Assembly: GCA_002305115.1 (NCBI GenBank)
Contig: DBQF01000001.1
Span: forward strand, 373,767 to 437,766
Source: a candidate division WWE3 bacterium UBA1401
GTDB lineage: Bacteria; Patescibacteriota; WWE3; UBA101185; UBA10185
Direction of reading: 5' to 3'
Length of the DNA: 64,000 nucleotides
A program made the translations under genes and the position numbers. Below, piece by piece: positions 52,688 to 59,618 of this stretch (position 1 is its first letter; each line of letters begins with the position of its first letter). The notes under the pieces were generated by a model that ran no database searches, had not been told where the DNA came from, and saw only the letters and a program-made list of their open reading frames with translations.

Positions 52688-52759
52688 CATCCCAACTTTG
52701 ACTTTGTCCCGTCTCCCACCCAGGTTCGGGTTTTTTTTGTCTTGACGCTGGAGGCAAAA

Positions 52760-52796
52760 TGGTGGAGACTGGTAACACCTGGTGAAGAATGGTGAA
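52760..52796 (+). promoter_or_regulatory. putative MraZ operator: four direct TGGTN repeats in exact 10-nt phase
   Basis: Sequence is TGGTGgagac TGGTAacacc TGGTGaagaa TGGTGaa, starting at 52760, 52770, 52780 and 52790. It ends 11 nt before the mraZ ATG (52808). Confidence 0.6.
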
Positions 52797-52807
52797 ACTG
52801 TATGAGA

Positions 52808-53212
52808 ATGTTTCTTGGGGAATACCAACCAAATATTACCGAAGGTTCTCGCATTGCCCTACCCAAGAAACTTCGGGACCAAATAACTGGCGACAGCGTA
52901 GTGCTGTCCCGTGGCTTCGAAAAGTGTGTCTTTGTCTACGATAAAGAAGACTGGATGTACGAATCCCAGAAGCAAATTGACAACCCTATAACCGATGTAA
53001 AAGCTAGAGACCTTAAAAGGTACATGTATGCGGGTGCCTCCGAAACGTCTATAGACACTCAAGGCCGCATAGTCATACCTGCCAATCTAAAAGATTATGC
53101 AGGTCTAGATAAAAGCTTAACCGTAATAGGTGCGGGTGATCACATAGAACTTTGGGATGCACAAGCCTGGCAGCAGCACCTTGACAAAATTTCAAGTGAA
53201 TTGGCAGGTTAA
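52808..53212 (+). CDS. mraZ: transcriptional regulator MraZ
   Basis: MFLGEYQPNITEGSRIALPKKLR, then a second SpoVT/AbrB-like repeat DTQGRIVIPANLK. The track ATG 52802 adds only MR; 52808 matches the usual MF.GE start. Confidence 0.9.
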   Translation: MFLGEYQPNITEGSRIALPKKLRDQITGDSVVLSRGFEKCVFVYDKEDWMYESQKQIDNPITDVKARDLKRYMYAGASETSIDTQGRIVIPANLKDYAGLDKSLTVIGAGDHIELWDAQAWQQHLDKISSELAG

Positions 53213-53213
53213 C

Positions 53214-54092
53214 ATGGATTTCCACCAGCCTGTTCTAAAGCAAGAAGTACTGGAATTATTCCAGGTCAAAAAAGACTCTAAGTATATAGACTGTACTTTG
53301 GGAGATGGAGGTCACACTTTAGCACTTCTTGAACGCGGTGCCACAGTCTTAGGTATAGATTCAAGCGAATTCTCTTTGAAAAGGGCAACAGAACGAATAG
53401 AAGCCGCCGGGTTCAGTTCAAGCTTTACAGGGGTATTAGGGAATTTTAGGAACCTTGAAAAAATAGCAAAAGAACACGGATTTGCCCAAGTTTCCGGTAT
53501 TCTTTATGATTTAGGTTTTTCGTCAGCACAGCTTGATACTGACATTGGCATCAGTTTCCAGCAGGACGCACCACTAGACATGCGGCTTGATAAGACGTTA
53601 GCAGTATCGGCAGCCGATCTGGTTAACGCACTCTCCGAAAAAGAATTAGCTCGCTTAATTAAAGCCTATTCGGATGAGAAATATGCCAAAAAATTTGCCA
53701 AAGCCATAACTGAACGTCGTAACTTGAAGAAGTTTCAGTCAACACAAGAACTAACAAATGTAATTGTTGCTGTAGCTCCTCCAGGCTATGAACATGGCCG
53801 AATTCACCCTGCGACCAGGGTATTTCAAGCTCTGCGCATAGCTGTGAATAGTGAGTTTGAGAATTTAAGCGAATCACTGCCTCAGGCCGCACGCCTTCTA
53901 CTGCCTGGCGGGCGAATGATAGTTATAACCTTTCATTCGCTTGAAGATAAATTGGTCAAAGAATTTGGCCGCGGCGTGCGGCCTTCGATAAACCTTATCG
54001 CGGGGCCGGTGTTTCCTACGGCACAGGAAATAAATGAAAATGTTAGAGCAAGAAGTTCAAAGCTGTACTGCTTTGAAAAGACAACTGAATAG
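53214..54092 (+). CDS. rsmH: 16S rRNA (cytosine1402-N4)-methyltransferase
   Basis: ATG 53214 gives MDFHQPVLKQEVLELF...YIDCTLGDGGHT, followed by DLGFSSAQLD and HSLEDK motifs. The track start 53157 overlaps mraZ and is unlikely. Confidence 0.9.
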   Translation: MDFHQPVLKQEVLELFQVKKDSKYIDCTLGDGGHTLALLERGATVLGIDSSEFSLKRATERIEAAGFSSSFTGVLGNFRNLEKIAKEHGFAQVSGILYDLGFSSAQLDTDIGISFQQDAPLDMRLDKTLAVSAADLVNALSEKELARLIKAYSDEKYAKKFAKAITERRNLKKFQSTQELTNVIVAVAPPGYEHGRIHPATRVFQALRIAVNSEFENLSESLPQAARLLLPGGRMIVITFHSLEDKLVKEFGRGVRPSINLIAGPVFPTAQEINENVRARSSKLYCFEKTTE

Positions 54093-54396
54093 ACCAAATT
54101 TAGCTTTAGCCTTCTATAAGTCCCTTTGTAGAGCTTGCTTTGGTCTTTTTCTTATTAGTTTGATAGCCCAAGTTTATTGTTCCAACAACTCAGCTGTTAA
54201 AAGTGCTCAGCTTATGGAGGTTACGGACCAGAAAGCACTTCTTGAGAAAGAAGTTGCTACTTTGCAAGTAACGCTTAGTAGTTTAACTACTTTAGCTCAG
54301 GTAGAAGAACGCGCCCGCAGTTTGGGCTTTATAGACATGACCAGTTCTTTGTTAGTTCTTAAACCCATGCCTGTTGCAGCTGTTGTAACTCCATAG
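54034..54396 (+). CDS. ftsL: FtsL-like cell-division membrane protein
   Basis: The position between rsmH and ftsI fits ftsL. It has a single TM (CFGLFLISLIAQVY) followed by a coiled-coil-like segment. The start codon is uncertain (59-nt overlap with rsmH). Confidence 0.55.
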   Translation: MKMLEQEVQSCTALKRQLNRPNLALAFYKSLCRACFGLFLISLIAQVYCSNNSAVKSAQLMEVTDQKALLEKEVATLQVTLSSLTTLAQVEERARSLGFIDMTSSLLVLKPMPVAAVVTP

Positions 54397-54400
54397 AGTT

Positions 54401-56131
54401 ATGTCCCGCAGACTACGACCATCTACCAAATGGCACTTTTCCAGGCTAGACTTTATTAGGCTTGCCTTTTTTGTTGTTGGGTCTCTATTTATCCTAAAAC
54501 TCTTTTTTATTCAGGTTGTAAACCATGCAGACTATAAAGCCATGGCGCAGAAACAACATTGGACGGTTTACTCTATTCCTGCCAAACGGGGGGACATTAT
54601 AAGTAGAGATGGACACGTTCTGGCAGGAACTCAAACCAGTTATTATTTATTTGCAGAACCTAAAAAAATTTTGAGTCCAGATAAAGTCGCAGATGTAGTT
54701 GCCTCAGCGTTGGGTGAAACTTCCCAAAAGAGAATTACAGATTTACTTAGGCTAGACCTGTTTTGGGTAATTTTGGCGAAAAACATTACGCCGGAGCAAA
54801 AAGCTGCTATTGAAGAACTAGCACTCGAAGGCATTGGGTTTGAAGAAACTCCCAAACGGTACTACCCCAATGGTACGCTTGCCGCTCATATTTTAGGATT
54901 TGTAGCAAACGATGCCCAAGGTGCCGCCCAGGGTTATTATGGGGTGGAAGGGGAGTTGGATGGCGAGCTTAAAGGTAAAGATGGCAGAGTCATTCAAGAA
55001 AAAGATGCTACTGGGGATCCCATTCTTATTGGAGGTTATGAAAAAGTTGCACCCATAAATGGCCGGAATATTACACTGACTATAGATAGAGCTGTACAGT
55101 ACTTGGTGGAAAAAAAGCTAAAAGAGGGTGTGGAAATGTACAAGGCTTATTCGGGAAGTGTCATTGTTATGGACCCAAAGACCTCGGAAGTACTTGCTAT
55201 GGCAAACTACCCAACTTATGAACCAGCTAATTTTTCTGAGGAAACAAAAGAAGTAAATGGTGAAACTATCAGATTAGAAAGACGCAATGCTGCTATTTCC
55301 GAAAACTACGAACCTGGCTCTGTTATTAAGCCGCTTACTGTTGCGGCGGCACTGGATTTGGATAAGGTCAAACCTAATAGCACTTTTGAAGATAATGGGC
55401 CGGTAAAGTATTCAGACTATACCATTGATAACTGGGACGGTAAGCACCATGGTACCCAGACAGTAATTCAACTTTTACAGAAATCTAATAACATAGGTGC
55501 TGCGTGGGTGGGGCATTTGGTTGGTGCAAAAAACTTAGCAGAATACTTTAGCAAATTCGGGTTGGGAGCAAAAACCGGCATTGAGCTTGAGGGTGAAGAT
55601 GCGGGTATTGTCAGAGACTATAAAAACTGGACCGCCATTGACCTTGCTACTGCATCCTTTGGTCAGGGGCTTTCCGCTACACCTCTCCAGGTGCTTAACG
55701 CGTTCAATGTTTTTGCTAATGAAGGCTATTTGTACCAACCAAAAATCATTCATGCCATTACAGAAGAAGGCAAAACAACATATGTGCCTCCCAGAAGAGT
55801 TCAGAAAGTTTTAGCAAAGGATACTGCTGCAGCTATGCTTGAACTGCTCACTGCAGCTGTAGAAGGAGGAGAATCTAAGTACTTTAATATCGAAAATTAT
55901 AAGGTTGCTGGCAAAACAGGTACAGCGCAAATTCCTAAAGATGGAAAATATGATCCTAGCAAGACAAATGCCACTTTTGTGGGGTTCTTGCCCGAGTCTT
56001 TACGCTTTTCTATGATCGTAAGGCTTGACCAGCCCACTTCTAGTGTTTATGCTTCCGAGACTGCTGTGCCTTTATGGATGAGTATAGCTAAAGATCTCAT
56101 CAACTACTATGGTATTGCACCAGACAAATAA
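54401..56131 (+). CDS. ftsI: peptidoglycan D,D-transpeptidase (class B PBP, FtsI/PBP2 type)
   Basis: An N-terminal TM anchor, then SVIKP (SxxK), SNN (KSNNIG) and KTGT (AGKTGTAQ) motifs. Confidence 0.88.
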   Translation: MSRRLRPSTKWHFSRLDFIRLAFFVVGSLFILKLFFIQVVNHADYKAMAQKQHWTVYSIPAKRGDIISRDGHVLAGTQTSYYLFAEPKKILSPDKVADVVASALGETSQKRITDLLRLDLFWVILAKNITPEQKAAIEELALEGIGFEETPKRYYPNGTLAAHILGFVANDAQGAAQGYYGVEGELDGELKGKDGRVIQEKDATGDPILIGGYEKVAPINGRNITLTIDRAVQYLVEKKLKEGVEMYKAYSGSVIVMDPKTSEVLAMANYPTYEPANFSEETKEVNGETIRLERRNAAISENYEPGSVIKPLTVAAALDLDKVKPNSTFEDNGPVKYSDYTIDNWDGKHHGTQTVIQLLQKSNNIGAAWVGHLVGAKNLAEYFSKFGLGAKTGIELEGEDAGIVRDYKNWTAIDLATASFGQGLSATPLQVLNAFNVFANEGYLYQPKIIHAITEEGKTTYVPPRRVQKVLAKDTAAAMLELLTAAVEGGESKYFNIENYKVAGKTGTAQIPKDGKYDPSKTNATFVGFLPESLRFSMIVRLDQPTSSVYASETAVPLWMSIAKDLINYYGIAPDK

Positions 56132-56136
56132 AAAAA

Positions 56137-56508
56137 GTGTATGATCAACCTGTGCAGACTAGAAGTATAGGTTTTTTAGCAGAAAGTGCTGCCTGCCGTT
56201 ATCTGGTAGAACATGGGTTTAGGATTGTAAAACGTAATTGGACTTGTCGCTGGGGTGAACTGGATATTATTGCAGCAAAAGATAAGCTGTATTTCTTCGA
56301 GGTGAAATTTAGGCGTTCTGTCAGATATGGTTCAGCATGCGATTATGTGACTGCTAAAAAACTTAAAACATTAAGACGTGCTATAGACCGGTATCTTTAC
56401 CTAAATAAACTTACAGACGCTCCCTGGCAGCTTGATGTATTAGGTATTCAGCTAAAGTATAGGAAGCTCTGTATTAAAAGGTACCAGAATGTTCTTGGTT
56501 TTCTGTAG
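56137..56508 (+). CDS. yraN: YraN-family (UPF0102) endonuclease-like protein
   Basis: GFLAESAACRYLVEHGFRIVKRNWTCRWGELDIIAAKD..LYFFEVKFRR matches the family pattern. The start codon is GTG. Confidence 0.8.
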   Translation: MYDQPVQTRSIGFLAESAACRYLVEHGFRIVKRNWTCRWGELDIIAAKDKLYFFEVKFRRSVRYGSACDYVTAKKLKTLRRAIDRYLYLNKLTDAPWQLDVLGIQLKYRKLCIKRYQNVLGFL

Positions 56509-57484
56509 GTTCTTCAACATAGGTGCCCTCTAGTTTAGCTTTAATGTCTGCATGCAAATCAGCAAATCCAGGTTCTCTGGCAATAAATACCCAGGCGTGA
56601 TAGGGGCTTTGCGGATACATTCCGGGATGATAAACGTACTTATCATCTACTACGAAAGATTCATACGAATACAAATCTTTATCTTTGTAGAAATCCCACA
56701 AATAATATGTGTCCTCCAGGGTTAGAGTTGTTTCCATACGGAAATTAGTTACAGCTTCATAGAAAGCAGGAATATCCATGGGCCAGAAAATGCTTTCGGG
56801 CTGTTTAATTGCTTCCAGCATGCCTTGTAGTATTAGATGTTGCCTTTTGGCACGCATTAAATCGCTGCCTTCACCGTTGGTACCCTTGCGTGATCTGGCA
56901 AAAGTTAGCGACCGTTCACCCCCCATTTTTTCATAGCCCTCAGTGAAAGTCACTGCTAAAACGCCTGTATCAGTATTATTTGGAAAAGTATAATCGGTAA
57001 ATGTTCTTTGAATGGTTACAGGAATGCCTCCAAAGGCATCTACAAGCCACCTGAAATCTTCAAAGTCAGTCATTATATAGCCATGAATTTCCTGGCCAGT
57101 TATTTGTTCGAAAGCGTTCTTCAGAGTTTCCCAGCCATAAATTGTGTAAAGCGCATTAATTTTATTTCCATTTATCCATAGATCCCTTGGAACAGATGTA
57201 AACAATACTTTGTTGGTTGTTGGGTTTAGTGATACTAGGATCATAGTATCGGTATTAAAACCAAGCTGTGTTTTACTTCTTCTATCTATACCTAGCAATA
57301 AGATATTAATAATTCCTTTTTCAGCCAGGAAAGAATCATCGCCCGGTTTCTTCTGAAAATATTTAAAAAAGTCTGGTGTGCCTAACGGTTTTATCAAGGG
57401 TAGATCACTATTTTGCTGGTCTATGTACACAAAAACTCCGGTACCCATAATAAGCAGTACAAGAATCAATACCAGTTTTTTCAT
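56474..57484 (-). CDS. LytR-CpsA-Psr (LCP) family glycopolymer-to-peptidoglycan ligase
   Basis: A TM anchor, then INILLLGIDRR...DTMILVSLNP...FTSVPRDLWI and ARSRKG motifs. ATG 57484 (MKKLVLILV...) is preferred over the track start 57526. Confidence 0.85.
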   Translation of the reverse strand: MKKLVLILVLLIMGTGVFVYIDQQNSDLPLIKPLGTPDFFKYFQKKPGDDSFLAEKGIINILLLGIDRRSKTQLGFNTDTMILVSLNPTTNKVLFTSVPRDLWINGNKINALYTIYGWETLKNAFEQITGQEIHGYIMTDFEDFRWLVDAFGGIPVTIQRTFTDYTFPNNTDTGVLAVTFTEGYEKMGGERSLTFARSRKGTNGEGSDLMRAKRQHLILQGMLEAIKQPESIFWPMDIPAFYEAVTNFRMETTLTLEDTYYLWDFYKDKDLYSYESFVVDDKYVYHPGMYPQSPYHAWVFIAREPGFADLHADIKAKLEGTYVEEPTENQEHSGTF

Positions 57485-57503
57485 AAATTGAAGCATAATT
57501 GTA

Positions 57504-57532
57504 TTTACAAACATAGTCAAATTCATTAATAT
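57504..57532 (+). promoter_or_regulatory. sigma70-like promoter: TTTACA, 17 nt, TAATAT, with the -10 ending 6 nt before ATG 57539
   Basis: Sequence reads TTTACAaacatagtcaaattcatTAATATggtcttATG. Confidence 0.45.
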
Positions 57533-57538
57533 GGTCTT

Positions 57539-57940
57539 ATGAGAAAAATACTAATAGTAGAAGATGATACTGCGCTTTATAATGTTTACTCCACTCAGCT
57601 TAAACTAAATAATTATGAAGTTGTTAATGTTTCCGATGGTATGCTTGCTGTTGATGCTGTCAGAACAGAAAACCCGGATTTGATCCTGTTAGATGTAATG
57701 TTACCCGGCAGAAACGGTCTGGAAATCTTGGAAGAACTAAAGGCTGATGAAGAACTTGCTTCCAAAAAAGTGGTAATGCTAACAAACTATGGAGATGACT
57801 CCAACATCCGAAAGGCTCTCGACCTTGGTGCCGAAGACTATATGCTTAAATACAATATTGTACCTTCAGAACTTTCAGAGAAAGTCGCCCATTATTTAGG
57901 AGAAGTTCAAAGCTCAGATGTTACATTAACTAACATTTAA
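57539..57940 (+). CDS. stand-alone receiver-domain response regulator (CheY-like, no output domain)
   Basis: KILIVEDD, the phospho-acceptor context DLILLDVMLPGRNG, and MLTNYG. At 133 aa there is no room for a DNA-binding domain. Confidence 0.85.
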   Translation: MRKILIVEDDTALYNVYSTQLKLNNYEVVNVSDGMLAVDAVRTENPDLILLDVMLPGRNGLEILEELKADEELASKKVVMLTNYGDDSNIRKALDLGAEDYMLKYNIVPSELSEKVAHYLGEVQSSDVTLTNI

Positions 57941-57942
57941 CT

Positions 57943-59592
57943 ATGCTGCCTGCAGTTGCCATTTTTTTAGGTTTCTTAGTGCTTCTATCTGGGTTAGCGC
58001 TTTTCATTTCACTTAAGAAAATATCCTTAAAAAGACCACACTCTATACCTGAAAATATTCAGAAAAAAGCTGACAAAGCAATGGCGGAGAACAATTATCT
58101 GGATGCTGTTACTGAGAAGTACAGTGTGTCTCTGAGTCTTCCGGATGCTCTAGAAGCACTCAACAGTGTGTTGCTCGCTAATTTAACATTTGATGCCTTT
58201 GCCTACGTTATTCAAACTAGCGAAACTAAAGCAATTTTTAAATGTGTTGCGAATGTAGGTGTTTCTAAAGATTATGTCGCCAGTTTAAAAAATGAGTTAG
58301 TTATTAGGCTTGATAACCCGCAAATTGAACTTGAAGAATACGTTGTAGGGGCTCCTACTGGAGCAGGTGGTATTTCCAAGTTTGCTTCCCGGTTAATTAT
58401 TCCGCTAAAAAACAAAGATACTTTAGTTGGTTACTTTTCTATAACTCATAAAAATGCCAATACATTTGATAGCCAGGACGAAGCTTTTATAGTTGATGTG
58501 TTAGACACAACCCTTTCACACCTAATAAACTTAAAAGACGTTATTGAAAGAGAAAAAGCTAAGTTTAGAACTATGGTTGATAGCATGACTGACGGTGTGG
58601 TTATGTTTGATGGTGATTTTAAAGTTTTAGTTGATAATCCTGCTTTGTATAAATTAACAGGTATCCAGGATAGTATTGGTGTTAATATTATGGATCTGGA
58701 TAGTTATTTTGCACCCGCTTTCTCTTTACGGGAAGAACTATCTGCAGTTTTTACTACCAATACCCCCAAAGATTTTGATAACGTGAATCTAGATGACAAG
58801 TATTTTGAAATTGCGCTTATTCCTATCCGGAATGGTGATAGCCTTTCCAGGGTAGGTATGATTGTTTATGATAAAACTCAGGAAAAGGAGCTGGAAAAAT
58901 TAAGACGAGACTTTTCTGCCATGGTGATTCATGAGCTTAGATCGCCACTAACTGTTATTAAGGGCATCTCGGATCTTTTGCTGACTCAAGCAGACAGGCT
59001 TAGTCTGGAGCAGAAAAATGAGTTTTTGGTTCAGATAAAAGCCTCCACAGACGCCTTACTTGACAAAGTAAACGATCTTCTAGATGCTGCCAAGATAGAA
59101 TCCGGTAAGATAGAGTTATTTAAGTCCGATGTTGATATAGCTAACTTGCTAGAAAGCACCAAATATTATTACGATACATTAGCACAACAAAATGGTATCC
59201 AGATAGTCATGAAGCTGGACTCAGCTATTAACCATATGCGGCTGGACGAAAAGAAAATCAGACAAGTGTTGGATAACTTATTGTCCAATGCTATAAAGCA
59301 CACACCCCAAGGCGGTACTATTACCATCAGATCTGAAGTTAATGGTTCGAATGTTGATATTTCTGTTGCAGATACAGGTAAGGGTGTTTCGGATGATCTG
59401 AAATCTAGGATCTTTGAAAGATATGTTCAGGGTAAAGACTCCCAAGCAAAAGGTACTGGATTAGGGTTAGTTATTGCTAGAGGTATTATTGAGGCACATG
59501 GTGGGAATTTATGGGTGGAAGATAATATTCCTCAAGGAGCTAAGTTTGTATTTACCTTGCCAAAAGCTGGTATGGAAATGTCTTCGCAATAG
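57943..59592 (+). CDS. membrane-anchored sensor histidine kinase (GAF-like, PAS-like, HisKA and HATPase domains)
   Basis: An N-terminal TM, H-box VIHELRSPLT, N-box LDNLLSNAIKHT, G1 ADTGKG and G2 GTGLGL. Confidence 0.85.
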   Translation: MLPAVAIFLGFLVLLSGLALFISLKKISLKRPHSIPENIQKKADKAMAENNYLDAVTEKYSVSLSLPDALEALNSVLLANLTFDAFAYVIQTSETKAIFKCVANVGVSKDYVASLKNELVIRLDNPQIELEEYVVGAPTGAGGISKFASRLIIPLKNKDTLVGYFSITHKNANTFDSQDEAFIVDVLDTTLSHLINLKDVIEREKAKFRTMVDSMTDGVVMFDGDFKVLVDNPALYKLTGIQDSIGVNIMDLDSYFAPAFSLREELSAVFTTNTPKDFDNVNLDDKYFEIALIPIRNGDSLSRVGMIVYDKTQEKELEKLRRDFSAMVIHELRSPLTVIKGISDLLLTQADRLSLEQKNEFLVQIKASTDALLDKVNDLLDAAKIESGKIELFKSDVDIANLLESTKYYYDTLAQQNGIQIVMKLDSAINHMRLDEKKIRQVLDNLLSNAIKHTPQGGTITIRSEVNGSNVDISVADTGKGVSDDLKSRIFERYVQGKDSQAKGTGLGLVIARGIIEAHGGNLWVEDNIPQGAKFVFTLPKAGMEMSSQ

Positions 59593-59618
59593 CTGGTTAT
59601 GATGTTATACTTTTTTAT

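Noticed and set aside
52540-52740. Assignment of the mraZ-upstream non-coding region to a known RNA family (SRP RNA, RNase P, tmRNA, 6S)
   Set aside because: I could not find the hallmark motifs. There is no GGAA-capped helix-8-like AGGUCC...GGAAGCAGC, no GAGGAAAGUCC, and no tag-peptide reading frame or CCA-type end. It is left as an unclassified candidate.
52568-52828. Track ORFs 52568..52795(+) and 52628..52828(-) in the region upstream of mraZ
   Set aside because: Neither has an SD or leaderless signal, and their composition is odd (W/P-rich). They run through the T8 tract and the MraZ repeats, so the region is treated as non-coding.
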